A DNA stretch of 32,000 nt from Acaryochloris marina MBIC11017 (GTDB taxonomy: Bacteria; Cyanobacteriota; Cyanobacteriia; Thermosynechococcales; Thermosynechococcaceae): the NCBI RefSeq assembly GCF_000018105.1, contig NC_009925.1, positions 3,360,001-3,392,000 of the forward strand, read 5' to 3'. The notes beneath the pieces are model-generated. The model made no database searches. It saw only the letters and a list, made by a program, of their open reading frames with translations, and had not been told where the DNA came from. Of the stretch, positions 17,450-27,335 are shown piece after piece (position 1 is the stretch's first letter; every line of letters begins with the position of its first letter). The translations under genes were made by a program, and so were the position numbers.

Positions 17450-19384
17450 CTAACCGCCAGGCTTGGGAAACTTACTAGGTGACTTAAAGTATTCCACCCG
17501 TTGATCTGCCAGAGCTTTGCTCATAAAATCTCGCCAGACTGGTGCCGCATAGCTCCCCCCTGAAGCCCCTCTTCCCATGGGGGAATAGTTATCATTTCCG
17601 GCCCACACTGCCGTAGCTAATTGCGGCACATAGCCCACAAACCAAACATCCCGCTCAGAAGATGTGGTTCCCGTTTTACCTGCAGCCGGTCGGCCAATTT
17701 GAGCCGAGGTGCCTGTCCCGCCATTGATGACTGCCTGCAGGGATTGGGTTAAAGCTGCAGCTGCCCAGGGATCTAGCACTAACTTGGGCTGGGGAGTATT
17801 GTCTAGGATTAAGCGCCCGCTACTATCGGTGACTTGGGCAATGGCTGTGGTTTCAGATTGCCAGCCGTTATTAGCAAACGTTGCATAAGCTGAAGCCATT
17901 TCGAGAGGCGTTAAGTCTACAGAACCTAACGGTAGTGAAATCACGGGAGGAATGGGGCTTTTAATGCCAAGAACCCGACAAATATCAATCACTTTTTCAA
18001 CCCCGACTTTCTGGCCTAGGACAACAGCCGGAATATTACGAGAGGTGGCCAAGGCTTGTCGCAAAGACATGGACCCCCCATAGGTTTTGTCATAGTTCAA
18101 GGGCGTATAGCCTCGTGCGGTCCCGTCATTAAAGGTGACCTTGGTGTCATTGATGACGCTGCTAGGCGTATATTTACCGGACGCATAGGCAGCATAGAAG
18201 ACAAAGGGCTTAAATGCAGATCCCGGTTGGCGAATGGATTGAGTCGCCCGATTAAATTCACTTTTTTGACTATCGACGCCTCCAACAATTGCCTTGATAA
18301 AGTGGGTGCGCGGATCAACCGCCACCAACGCCATCTGATCCGCTGCATAGGAGATGCGCTGTTGTCCCCATTTCACCGAATCTTCGGCAATTTCCTGCAT
18401 CTTGATGTCAATGGTGGTTTGAATTCGCATGCCCCCTTTACTGAGGGCATCGCGGCCAAACCGACGGGTCAGTTCCTTAATCACGGTATTGGTGATGTAG
18501 GGCGAGCGACTGAGTTGGAAGGAGGTGACCTTACCAAACTTTAAAGGAGTGTCTAAAGCAGCCTGCTCTTCTTCTTCGGTAATCCAGGTCAGCTTTTTCA
18601 TCCGATTGAGAACCACCGCTTGCCTCCGTTTGGCAATCTCCAGGGTTTCATCGGTGACGGAGTCAAAATCAAAGGGGCTAAAGCTTTCAGGGGCTTGAAT
18701 AATACCCGCCATCATGGCTGATTCTGCGAGGTTCAGATCCGATGATGATTTATTGAAATAGCTGCGGGCGGCGGTCTCAACGCCATAGGTGTTATGTCCC
18801 CAATACACTTGATTGAGGTACATTTCTAAAATTTCATCTTTCTTGAATAGCTTCTCCAGCCGCATGGCTAGGACCGCCTCTGCAACCTTCCGACCCAGTT
18901 CTCGCCTAGGGGTCAAAAACAGGTTTTTGACCAGCTGCATGGTTAAGGTAGAGGCACCCTGAACGGTTTCTCCAGCCTGTATATTCGTGACCGTGGCCCG
19001 GAGGATACCGTAGGGATTAATCCCATTATGTTTATAGAAGTTGCTGTCTTCAATGGCTAACACGGCCAACTTCAAATGGGGTGAAATATTGTCTAAAGGA
19101 ACGACTTCACGGTTTTCTTCATCGTGAAGGCTGGCCAGAATTTTGCCGTTTATATCGTAAATATGGGTGGTCTCGTTGGGAATATAACCCTTTAAGGACC
19201 GAACGTCCGGTAAATTGCGAAAGCTAATGGCGACCCCCATTAAGCTACCGGCTGCAGCGGCGCTAGCCAGCATCGTCGTGATCAGAATTGTAGAACCCGC
19301 TGCTTTGCCAATCCCCCCAATAAAACTGGTGCCTTTGGACAAGCGATTGGGGTTTTTGGGGCTGGCAGTTTGTGATACAGACAC
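17450..19384 (-). CDS. Class A penicillin-binding protein (bifunctional transglycosylase/transpeptidase, PBP1A-like)
   Basis: GT51 motifs AIEDSNFYKHNGI and GASTLTMQLVKN. Transpeptidase motifs SAFKPF (SxxK), SRN and KTGTT. N-terminal TM anchor. Confidence 0.92.
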   Translation of the reverse strand: MSVSQTASPKNPNRLSKGTSFIGGIGKAAGSTILITTMLASAAAAGSLMGVAISFRNLPDVRSLKGYIPNETTHIYDINGKILASLHDEENREVVPLDNISPHLKLAVLAIEDSNFYKHNGINPYGILRATVTNIQAGETVQGASTLTMQLVKNLFLTPRRELGRKVAEAVLAMRLEKLFKKDEILEMYLNQVYWGHNTYGVETAARSYFNKSSSDLNLAESAMMAGIIQAPESFSPFDFDSVTDETLEIAKRRQAVVLNRMKKLTWITEEEEQAALDTPLKFGKVTSFQLSRSPYITNTVIKELTRRFGRDALSKGGMRIQTTIDIKMQEIAEDSVKWGQQRISYAADQMALVAVDPRTHFIKAIVGGVDSQKSEFNRATQSIRQPGSAFKPFVFYAAYASGKYTPSSVINDTKVTFNDGTARGYTPLNYDKTYGGSMSLRQALATSRNIPAVVLGQKVGVEKVIDICRVLGIKSPIPPVISLPLGSVDLTPLEMASAYATFANNGWQSETTAIAQVTDSSGRLILDNTPQPKLVLDPWAAAALTQSLQAVINGGTGTSAQIGRPAAGKTGTTSSERDVWFVGYVPQLATAVWAGNDNYSPMGRGASGGSYAAPVWRDFMSKALADQRVEYFKSPSKFPKPGG

Positions 19385-19756
19385 AGGAGATTCACATCCT
19401 CTTTTGGAAAGTTTGAAACAATGATCACTCAGGGATCATACTAACAATTTTGGCCCAGACAACCAGGAGGTCGATAGAGATAGCAGATGCAACAGCAATA
19501 AAGCGGTGGTAGCAGAATGAACGCTTAAACTTAGGTTTGAGCATAGCTTACCATCCCTATTCAATGGCCTACTATAATTTCCTTTAGCGCAGAAAAATTA
19601 ATGCTATTTTGCACTGTGCAGACCATGATGGTTTCTTGGCTATTTCTTAAGATGAGTTGCGCTGCAATGGCATACTAGAATTTGCTTTTCAGTCGCTGGA
19701 GCGATTGGCGGCGATATGGGCGATTGCCCTTTGTTCATCCTTACTATTTCTCACCT

Positions 19757-20971
19757 ATGGCAGATGCAGTGTCTTCGTTGCTCCAGAGGGGCGTTAGCGA
19801 TATTTTCCCCAATAATGCTGACTCACAGCAAGAGGATGACAATTTAGCCCATCGCTTGGAAAACGCGGATCAACCGTTGCGCATCAAGCTGGGCATTGAC
19901 CCCACGGGAACGGATCTTCATTTAGGCCATAGTCTTCCTATTCGTAAACTACGGGCTTTTCAGGATTTAGGTCATAAAGCCGTTTTGATTATTGGCGATT
20001 TTACGGCGCGGGTAGGTGATCCAACGGGCAAGTCTGAGGTTCGCCGTCAGCTGACAGAAGCAGAGGTGCAGCATAATATTCAGACCTACCTAGATCAGAT
20101 TAAGCCGATTTTAGATTTTGAGACCCCCGATCGGTTAGAGGTTCGCTATAACTCTGAATGGTTGTCCAAAATCGATTTGGCAAAGACCTTAGAACTTCTG
20201 ACCACAATGACTGTGGGTCAGATGCTGGCAAAAGAAGGATTTGCAGAGCGCTACCAGCAGGGAACACCAGTCTATTTGCATGAATTTTTATATCCTCTAC
20301 TGCAGGGTTATGACTCAGTGGCAGTCGAAGCGGATGTGGAGTTAGGAGGCACGGATCAGAAGTTTAATATTGCCATTGGTCGAGACTTGCAGCGACATTT
20401 TGGCCTGCGCCCCCAGTTTGGCCTGCTAACCCCAATTCTGTTAGGGACGGATGGCGTACAAAAAATGTCCAAGTCTTTGAATAACTATGTGGGCTTGGCT
20501 GAAGATGCAGTCAGCATGTACTCCAAGTTGGAGAAGACGCCGGATGCTCTGCTGCCAGAGTACTTTGAGCACCTAACCAATTTGTCCCTCAAAGATTTGC
20601 CGGAGAATCCTCGCGAACAGCAGAAGCTGTTGGCCCATACTGTGGTGAGCCAGTATCACAGTGTTGCGATCGCAAATGAAACCCAACAGTCCCTAGCGGC
20701 AATGGTGACCCAGGGAGATATGAGTCAAACCGATGTCATTCCTGAATATTCATTGGCAGAGGTGACCTTTCCAGCCAAGCTGTTCTATCTTCTGAGTGCC
20801 AGTGGTTTGTGTTCCAGCAGTAGTGATGCCCGTCGCCAAATTAAGGGTGGAGCTGTGAAATTAGATGGCACTAAAATCACCGTGGTCGATCAAACCTACG
20901 ACCAGCCAGACGATCTGATCGGGGCTGTTTTACAAGTGGGTAAAAAGAAGTTTATTCGGTTTATCGCCTAA
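19757..20971 (+). CDS. tyrS: Tyrosine--tRNA ligase
   Basis: HIGH motif (DLHLGH), KMSKS motif, and a C-terminal S4-like domain ([14 protein letters not shown]). The ORF-track start at 19682 is a TTG; ATG 19757 ([12 protein letters not shown]) is more plausible. Confidence 0.92.
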   Translation: MADAVSSLLQRGVSDIFPNNADSQQEDDNLAHRLENADQPLRIKLGIDPTGTDLHLGHSLPIRKLRAFQDLGHKAVLIIGDFTARVGDPTGKSEVRRQLTEAEVQHNIQTYLDQIKPILDFETPDRLEVRYNSEWLSKIDLAKTLELLTTMTVGQMLAKEGFAERYQQGTPVYLHEFLYPLLQGYDSVAVEADVELGGTDQKFNIAIGRDLQRHFGLRPQFGLLTPILLGTDGVQKMSKSLNNYVGLAEDAVSMYSKLEKTPDALLPEYFEHLTNLSLKDLPENPREQQKLLAHTVVSQYHSVAIANETQQSLAAMVTQGDMSQTDVIPEYSLAEVTFPAKLFYLLSASGLCSSSSDARRQIKGGAVKLDGTKITVVDQTYDQPDDLIGAVLQVGKKKFIRFIA

Positions 20972-21099
20972 AACGGCATAGCTTTGGTCGTAGTTCGAGG
21001 GGGTATGGATGGGCTGAAGCGCTCGGGGGAGAGAATCATCAGGCTCAATGACCTGGGCAACTCACATGAGTTAAGGTAGGCTCCAGTCTGAGATGTTGG

Positions 21100-21933
21100 C
21101 TAGGATTGGTACCCTGCCCCGACTTTCCCAGACGATTTACGACTAATGGGAATACAGAGGGGAGTATTGGCTACTGGATCATTAATAATTCGACTTTCTA
21201 AACCAAAAACGTTTTGCACCATCGTTTCGGTCATAACCCGTTCTGGATGGCCCTGATCGTAAACAGCACCTCCCTTGATAGCTACTAAATAATCGCCGAA
21301 ACGACAGGCTTGGTTGAGATCGTGCAACACCATCACAATTGTCTTGCCTTGTTGCTCGTTAAGATCATGCAATAAATCTAAGACTTCGATCTGGTGAGCT
21401 AGATCGAGATAGGTGGTGGGTTCATCCAATAGCAGAATGTCCGTATTTTGAGCCAAGGCCATAGCGATCCAGGCCCGCTGGCGCTGGCCACCTGATAAGT
21501 TATCCAGAGCGCAATGGGCAAACTCCTGCATTTGCGTCATCGATAAGGCCCAATCCACCTGCTTCTCATCTTCGTGGGACCATTGTTGCAACCATCCTTG
21601 ATGCGGATAGCGACCTTGAGCCACCAGATCTCTAACGGTCAATCCTTCTGGGGCGCTGGGGCTTTGGGGCAGCAACCCTAATCGTTTGGCAATCGCTTTG
21701 GTGGAGAGTTTGGCAATGGACTCACTCTCCAGGTACACCACACCCTGTTTGGGCTTGAGTAATCGCCCCAATCCCTTCAACAACGTCGATTTACCACAGC
21801 CGTTGGGGCCGACCAAGATGGTGATTTTTCCGGTGGGAATCGCTAGATCAAGGGACTCAATCACCACTTTGCCTTCATAGGCGAGGGTGAGTTTCCGAGT
21901 CGTGAGAGCGTAGGTAGGGGTATTAGTGATCAT
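21100..21933 (-). CDS. Iron-siderophore ABC transporter ATP-binding protein (FecE/FepC-like)
   Basis: Walker [10 protein letters not shown], signature LSGGQRQR, Walker [12 protein letters not shown]. Overlaps the stop of the upstream permease gene by 4 nt. Confidence 0.9.
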   Translation of the reverse strand: MITNTPTYALTTRKLTLAYEGKVVIESLDLAIPTGKITILVGPNGCGKSTLLKGLGRLLKPKQGVVYLESESIAKLSTKAIAKRLGLLPQSPSAPEGLTVRDLVAQGRYPHQGWLQQWSHEDEKQVDWALSMTQMQEFAHCALDNLSGGQRQRAWIAMALAQNTDILLLDEPTTYLDLAHQIEVLDLLHDLNEQQGKTIVMVLHDLNQACRFGDYLVAIKGGAVYDQGHPERVMTETMVQNVFGLESRIINDPVANTPLCIPISRKSSGKVGAGYQS

Positions 21934-22973
21934 GAGTTGCGATCGCGAATCAATACATACAGAAAATAAGGTGCTCCCACAATGGCCGTAATAATCCCAC
22001 AGGGCAGTTCTATAGGAGAAAACAGCAAACGACCCAGTAAATCTGCCACCACTACGACAAAGCCCCCAGTTAAAGCCGCCACCGGAAGTAATCCTTCATG
22101 GGATGGGCCTACGAGCTGCCGTCCCAGATGAGGTGCCATTAATCCCACAAAGCCAATACTGCCCGCCGTGGCGACCGAAGATCCCGCCAGAGCTACGCTA
22201 CTTAACAACAGTAGACCGCGCTGGAGTTCTAAACGACTGCCTAAACTACGAGCCACCTCATCGCCGAGTTGGAGGGCATTGAGTTCTCGACTCATCAATA
22301 GACTCAGCAACCCAAACCCCGTTAGCCAGGGCAGAAATACCGTTAGTTGCTCCCAACTGCGGCCATAGACACTACCGGCCAGCCATACTAAAGCTTGGCT
22401 AACGTTATAGATATTGCCAAAGGTCACCATCAGGTTTGTTAAAGATCCGGCAATCAGGCTGCATCCCACGCCGACTAAAATCAATCGAACGGGGGAACTA
22501 CCGCCCTGCCAAGCCAGTAGGTAAATTAGCACTGCCACCGTCAGCGCTCCACCGAACGCAGCCCAGGGAATTAGTGCTATCGGTAAGTCAGGATAGAGCA
22601 CAATTAAGGTGACGGCAGTTAAAGAGGCCCCAGCATTAACTCCAATAATGCCGGGCGATGCCAACGGATTGCGGGTGATACCTTGAGTGATCGTGCCTGC
22701 GATCGCAAGTCCCATACCTACCCCCCAGGCCACCAGAGTTCTCGGTAGACGCAAGGTCATCACAATAAAGTCAAAGTCTGGATTACTCGTTTCTACCCCT
22801 AAGACCGTTTTGATCACGTCTAAGGTTGGCACCGGATATTCCCCTTGCCCCACACTGAGAACCATGGCCACCAACGTCGCCAGGAGCAGGCCTACCATTA
22901 TCCTGGGAACCCGTCGGTCTAGATGAAAGGAGATCGGAACCTGCGGGGGACGAACTACTAACCATTGCTTCAT
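21930..22973 (-). CDS. Iron-siderophore ABC transporter permease (FecCD family)
   Basis: FecCD-family pattern ...[44 protein letters not shown]..., polytopic. Overlaps both neighbouring genes by 4 nt. Confidence 0.9.
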   Translation of the reverse strand: MKQWLVVRPPQVPISFHLDRRVPRIMVGLLLATLVAMVLSVGQGEYPVPTLDVIKTVLGVETSNPDFDFIVMTLRLPRTLVAWGVGMGLAIAGTITQGITRNPLASPGIIGVNAGASLTAVTLIVLYPDLPIALIPWAAFGGALTVAVLIYLLAWQGGSSPVRLILVGVGCSLIAGSLTNLMVTFGNIYNVSQALVWLAGSVYGRSWEQLTVFLPWLTGFGLLSLLMSRELNALQLGDEVARSLGSRLELQRGLLLLSSVALAGSSVATAGSIGFVGLMAPHLGRQLVGPSHEGLLPVAALTGGFVVVVADLLGRLLFSPIELPCGIITAIVGAPYFLYVLIRDRNS

Positions 22974-23995
22974 CGTCGCACCTGCCAGCGGGTGAGATAG
23001 ATAAAGAAGGGGGCTCCCAACAAGGGCATGACTAACCCCACTGGCAGCTCTTGGGGCTGAATCACTAACCGTGCTCCAATATCAGCGATCAGCAATAGGA
23101 TTGCTCCGACAATGGCGGCATAGGGCAGAATCCAGCGATAATCGACCCCCACCCAGAACCGAACGATATGGGGAACGATTAGGCCCACAAACCCGATCGG
23201 ACCTGCGATCGCAACAGAGCCACCTGCCAGCAAAATAATGCTCACTGCCGCAATTCCTTTGACCCAGGCGGTCTTTTGACCTAAACCTTGAGCAATATCT
23301 TCCCCTAGGCTGAGAGTCGTGAGCTGTTTACCCATAACTAGGGCAATCACCATGCCTAATGCCAGATAGGGTAAAACCTGAACCACTAAGTCTAAATCCC
23401 GCCCTGCGACAGAACCCGCGAGCCAAAACCGGATCTCTTCCAAGGTTCGTTGACTGAGGATCAGAATCCCGGTCGTCAGGGAGGTCACCAAAGCCGAAAA
23501 TGCAGCCCCTGCAATCGTCAAATTAAGCGGTGTCAGTCCACCTCGCCCTAAAGAACCGAGAGCATAGACGGTAATGGCAGCGATTGCAGCGCCCAGCAAA
23601 GCAAACCCTGCATAAACCCTAAGAGACGTTGTACCTAACCAAAATACTGACCCCACAACGGCCAAAGCTGCCCCGGAGTTAATCCCTAAAATACCGGGGT
23701 CAGCGAGAGGGTTGCGCGTGAGTCCTTGCATAATTGCCCCTGCCATCGCAACAGCGCTACCGACCAATAAGGCAGTAATGGAGCGTGGAATTCTAACGGT
23801 GCGAATAATCAGTTGATCTGTCGATCCATCAAAGTCTGTCAGGGCTTGATACACCGTTTTGAGGCTGATATCAGCAACTCCTAGCCCTACACTGGCCATA
23901 AAACAAACCAACAGTAGTCCTATCCCTAAGACCAATCCCAATCCCAGGAGAACAGGGGACTGGAGCAACTGACGCCGAGCAGGAACAGTAGACAC
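22970..23995 (-). CDS. Iron-siderophore ABC transporter permease (FecCD family)
   Basis: FecCD-family pattern ...[43 protein letters not shown].... GTG start at 23995. Confidence 0.9.
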   Translation of the reverse strand: MSTVPARRQLLQSPVLLGLGLVLGIGLLLVCFMASVGLGVADISLKTVYQALTDFDGSTDQLIIRTVRIPRSITALLVGSAVAMAGAIMQGLTRNPLADPGILGINSGAALAVVGSVFWLGTTSLRVYAGFALLGAAIAAITVYALGSLGRGGLTPLNLTIAGAAFSALVTSLTTGILILSQRTLEEIRFWLAGSVAGRDLDLVVQVLPYLALGMVIALVMGKQLTTLSLGEDIAQGLGQKTAWVKGIAAVSIILLAGGSVAIAGPIGFVGLIVPHIVRFWVGVDYRWILPYAAIVGAILLLIADIGARLVIQPQELPVGLVMPLLGAPFFIYLTRWQVRR

Positions 23996-24006
23996 TGGCC
24001 AATTTA

Positions 24007-24027
24007 TTGATAATCCATCTTAGTAAT
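24007..24027. promoter_or_regulatory. Weak Fur-box-like AT-rich site just upstream of the fecC-like start
   Basis: TTGATAATCCATCTTAGTAAT contains a GATAAT hexamer and a TAGTAAT half. It is only a partial match (about 10/19 by eye) to the E. coli consensus GATAATGATAATCATTATC. Confidence 0.2.
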
Positions 24028-24074
24028 ACTACATGCATGCGCCTAATATTTCTATCTAGGAATCATGAGAAAAG

Positions 24075-24150
24075 CTTGTTTTACAAGCCTTTTAGGTTTA
24101 CTTGTGGCTTCATATCCGTATATTACAAAAGCGATAATTGGAGGCTATCT
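24075..24150 (+). promoter_or_regulatory. Copy A of a duplicated ~80-nt cis-element (promoter-like; partner at 28723-28805)
   Basis: The 21-nt core GTATATTACAAAAGCGATAAT (24118-24138) matches 28777-28797 at 20/21. Flanking blocks CTTG, AAGCCT, TTTAGG-TTTAC and TATCT are also shared. TTTACT (24097-24102), a 16-nt spacer and TATATT (24119-24124) resemble a sigma70-type promoter on the + strand. Confidence 0.5.
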
Positions 24151-24313
24151 TCAGCCTAGAATTAAGAAACTTCTCAATAACGAAGCCAAAACTGGGTTGT
24201 CCAATCCCTTCTAGCCGCGTTTTATATTGCTCCGCAAATGGTGTGGATGCAGACTCGACCTCTATCACTTTAGACAGATGTGACTGCACACCAATTAATC
24301 CGCTTTTTTTGTG

Positions 24314-25636
24314 ATGACTAAACTGCCTCGATGGTTACAAGGATTAGAAAATCCGGTATTTGCCAGACTCTACTTGGCGCAGACTATCAACCTTATGGGA
24401 GATGCTCTCACCTGGTTGGGCTTGGCGCTCTTAGCCTTTGAGTTGGCTGGAGAACAGTCAGGCACCATTCTGGCTGGCGCATTAACGCTACGAGTAACGG
24501 CCTTTGTGCTGCTGTCTCCGATCGCTGGTGCGATCGCAGATCGTATGGATCGCAAACGGTTGATGGTTTTGAATCACCTGATGCGTATGGGCATTGTTTG
24601 TCTTTTGCCCTGGGTTACTCAGATTTGGCAAATTTACGCCATTGTCTTGGCCCTCAATATTTTTTATGCCATTTTTACCCCCACCTACACCGCCACTATT
24701 CCCCTGGTCACTACCGAACAGCAACGTCCTCAAGCCATTGCTCTGTCTAGTGCAACGAGTCAGTTATTAGGCGTCTTAGGGCCAGGTATTGCCGGAAGTA
24801 TTGCCGCTTGGGTGGGGACGCGACAGGTCTTTTTCCTCGACAGCATTACCTTTCTTTTGGCAGCGATATTAATGATCACGCTGCCTGGGCGGATGATGGT
24901 CAATGCTCAATCATCGACGCAAACCCCCTCTAAAATCTGGCAGGATATGCAAACCGGACTCACCTGCCTATGGCTGGATCCATGGATTCGATATGCGCTA
25001 GCTCTGCAATTTATTGCTGCGATCGCAGGGGCGCAAATTTTGGTGAATACGGTCGGTTACGTTCAAAGCACCTTGCAGCTGGGTAAAACAGAATATGGAT
25101 GGGCGATGGCTGCTTTGGGCATGGGGGCAACTCTAGCATCGATTGGTTTAGGGCATTTCAGGACTAAATATCATCCCATTAGCCTAATCACCCTGGGGAC
25201 TCTGTTGCTTGTCTTAGCGCTCTTACCCGCTCACGAAGTTTTACTCGGTGGATTGTTGTTGCTTTGGGGAATTGCAGGTATCGGCCAAACCCTAGTCAAT
25301 GTCACTACACAAACCGTTATTGCTGACCGAGTTGCAGTGGAGGTGCAAGGCCGTGTGTATGGGGCACATTTCGCATTAAGCCATCTGTGGTGGGCTTTTG
25401 CCTATCCAGTCGCAGGTTGGATGGGCAGCTCTCTTGCGTCCTATTTTTTCTACAGCAGTCTGTTTGGTTTAGGGTTGTTCGTGATGGTGTGCGCCATATT
25501 TCGCCCCCATCAATTAATGCAGCTTAAGAGAGGTTTATGGCATGAACATGACCACGACCATAGTGACCCATCCCATCACCATCATGCTTACTCAGCCACG
25601 CAGCACACCCACCTTCACTTCCATCCCGCGCCATAA
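24314..25636 (+). CDS. MFS transporter (EntS/MFS_3-like putative siderophore or metallophore exporter) with a His-rich C-terminal tail
   Basis: About 12 TM segments. The N-terminal pattern FARLYLAQTINLMGDALTWLGL and AGAIADRMDRKR is typical of EntS-like MFS proteins. Tail reads HEHDHDHSDPSHHHHAYSATQHTHLHFHP. Divergent from fecCDE. Confidence 0.8.
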   Translation: MTKLPRWLQGLENPVFARLYLAQTINLMGDALTWLGLALLAFELAGEQSGTILAGALTLRVTAFVLLSPIAGAIADRMDRKRLMVLNHLMRMGIVCLLPWVTQIWQIYAIVLALNIFYAIFTPTYTATIPLVTTEQQRPQAIALSSATSQLLGVLGPGIAGSIAAWVGTRQVFFLDSITFLLAAILMITLPGRMMVNAQSSTQTPSKIWQDMQTGLTCLWLDPWIRYALALQFIAAIAGAQILVNTVGYVQSTLQLGKTEYGWAMAALGMGATLASIGLGHFRTKYHPISLITLGTLLLVLALLPAHEVLLGGLLLLWGIAGIGQTLVNVTTQTVIADRVAVEVQGRVYGAHFALSHLWWAFAYPVAGWMGSSLASYFFYSSLFGLGLFVMVCAIFRPHQLMQLKRGLWHEHDHDHSDPSHHHHAYSATQHTHLHFHPAP

Positions 25637-25657
25637 TTGAGTTATGGTTTGCTTCTC
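25631..25657 (+). terminator. Weak terminator-like hairpin overlapping the MFS stop codon
   Basis: CCATAA-TTGAG-TTATGG followed by TTTGCTTCTC. The stem is only 6 bp. Confidence 0.3.
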
Positions 25658-25983
25658 AACCCAATGATTTAAGCCTGATCAGCAATGGCCTAGATTTCAA
25701 AAGAGGTGCGCTATTGTGAATGTATCGGTCTATTGTGCTGGAGGCACCTAGATGTTATGCCCTTCCCTAACAGTCTTGAGTGCTTCGCTTCGCGACTAAT
25801 GGTGAGCAGTCCGCTGGTGAGTTAGGTATCTGAGCTGCCTATTGTAAAATCTGCTGCATTAGGGATTGGTAAAAATCTACCCTGATCTGATTCTGTTCAG
25901 ATCGGCGATCCCTTTGAAGGTCAATTTATCACCGTTTTTGATCGGTTCCGTATCGTTTTAGCGATCGCTTCTTAAATACCCAT

Positions 25984-26310
25984 ATGCGGATCGAAGTCCA
26001 AAGCCTGTGGACGCAAGAGTATGTCCGCTTATTGCTTACCGCCAAAGAACGTGACTGCTACGGTCATCACATTTTCTTCTCGTCTTCTCAATTACTGCGA
26101 GGTAATCAACACAAAAAAATCGTCAAATTGTTTGTCTAGCTTGATGAGCAAATTTATCAGATATCAGACCAGCACAAGACGTTTCCCGTCGACTTAGAGC
26201 TAACCAGTACCCTGAGCAGTGCTTCAAAACGAGAAATTCACATGCTCACAGAAAGTGGCGCATTGGTGGATCGAGCAACACATCACTATTTTGTGAGCCA
26301 ACGGGAGTGA
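25984..26310 (+). pseudogene. 108-codon reading frame interrupted by a single in-frame TAG (26137-26139); candidate pseudogene or two small ORFs
   Basis: My codon-by-codon reading gives ATG 25984, MRIEVQSLWTQEYVRLLLTAKERDCYGHHIFFSSSQLLRGNQHKKIVKLFV, then TAG, then LDEQIYQISDQHKTFPVDLELTSTLSSASKREIHMLTESGALVDRATHHYFVSQRE, then TGA at 26308-26310. Both halves are below the ORF-track size cut-off. Confidence 0.3.
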
Positions 26311-26330
26311 CCTGGTCTCGGTCAGTTGAG

Positions 26331-27335
26331 TTAGGAATGATCCCAGTCTGGTTTAAATAGCTTGCGACTATTGAGAAAGCGATCAATCGCCATTGCGGCC
26401 ACACACCCATCTCCCGCTGCAACCACCGCTTGCTTAAAAGGGGTATTGCGGATATCTCCAATAGCCCACACACCATCTACACTGGTTGCCATCAGTTCAT
26501 CAACCTTGACTCCACCATCGGGATTGAAGTGAACTTGATCACCTACAAAATCAGTAATAGGTTTGGAGCCATTTTGATAGACAAATACCCCATCCACCTC
26601 TAAACCGATTGGTTCATCTTGATCTCTGACCTTAACTTGTACCCCTGAAACGCCCATGTCGCTACCCTGAATTGATAGCAGCCTAGATCGGCTCCAATGT
26701 TTCACATTGGGTAAACTTAGCAAATCCTGAGCATGGGTATCTTCCGCTGGCGGGGTCTTTACGGTTACCCAGTGAACCATAGACGAAAATTTAGTGAGGA
26801 CTTGAGCTTCCTCAATGGCTTCACGGTTCAGCCCTACAACTGCAACAGGCCGATCTTTGTAAAAAGCGGCATCACAGGTGGCGCAGTAGCTGACTCCCCG
26901 ACCTAAAAACTCAGCTTCTCCATCAAAAGAGGCCTTGCGACCCATTGCCCCTGTGGCTAATACAATCGCTCGGCCCACAAATGTCCCTTCAGGGGTGTAA
27001 ACCTTTTTTTGGGCACCGGTAATATCTAGACCAAAGACTTGTGCTTGCTGATAGTGCGTGCCAAACTCCATGGCTTGCTCTCTCATGACAGTCAAGAGTT
27101 CTTCGCCACTGATATCACCGGCAACTCCAGGATAGTTGGCAATTTTATGAGTGATGGCCAAAGCACCTACAGCAGGGTTTTTGTCTAAAATAACCGTCTT
27201 GAAATTCGCTCGCGATGTGTAGAGGGCACAGGTACAGCCTGCAGGACCACCACCAATAATCACAACATCAAATTCATAGGTATCCAAGGTCTTTAGTCTC
27301 CAGGAAGTAGGGCAGAATTCTTCATTTCCTTGCAT
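26331..27335 (-). CDS. Thioredoxin-reductase-like FAD flavoprotein with an intact CxxC but a degenerate NADPH-binding site
   Basis: FAD motif DVVIIGGGPAGCTCALY, redox motif CATCDA, and C-terminal GDIRNTPFKQAVVAAGDG. Where canonical NTR has GGGNxAxEEA and HRRD, this protein has VGLNREAIEEA and HWVTVK. Start is uncertain: the ORF opens at 27401, there is an ATG at 27335, and a TTG at 27287 lies 5 nt after the upstream stop and 10 nt after a GGAG. Confidence 0.85.
   Translation of the reverse strand: MQGNEEFCPTSWRLKTLDTYEFDVVIIGGGPAGCTCALYTSRANFKTVILDKNPAVGALAITHKIANYPGVAGDISGEELLTVMREQAMEFGTHYQQAQVFGLDITGAQKKVYTPEGTFVGRAIVLATGAMGRKASFDGEAEFLGRGVSYCATCDAAFYKDRPVAVVGLNREAIEEAQVLTKFSSMVHWVTVKTPPAEDTHAQDLLSLPNVKHWSRSRLLSIQGSDMGVSGVQVKVRDQDEPIGLEVDGVFVYQNGSKPITDFVGDQVHFNPDGGVKVDELMATSVDGVWAIGDIRNTPFKQAVVAAGDGCVAAMAIDRFLNSRKLFKPDWDHS

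Noticed and set aside
18056-19424. ORFs 18056..18544 (+), 18097..18348 (-) and 19215..19424 (+)
   Set aside because: All overlap the class A PBP gene, which has complete GT51 and transpeptidase motifs. They are shadows.
21686-22965. Short ORFs overlapping the ABC ATPase and permease genes
   Set aside because: Antisense or off-frame to well-supported FecE/FecD-like genes.
24370-24733. Minus-strand ORFs inside the MFS exporter gene
   Set aside because: Antisense shadows of a polytopic membrane-protein gene.
26246-26476. 76-aa minus-strand ORF overlapping the 3' end of the flavoprotein gene
   Set aside because: It is off-frame to the TrxR-like gene, whose C-terminal FAD motif (GDIRNTPFKQAVVAAGDG) is encoded there.
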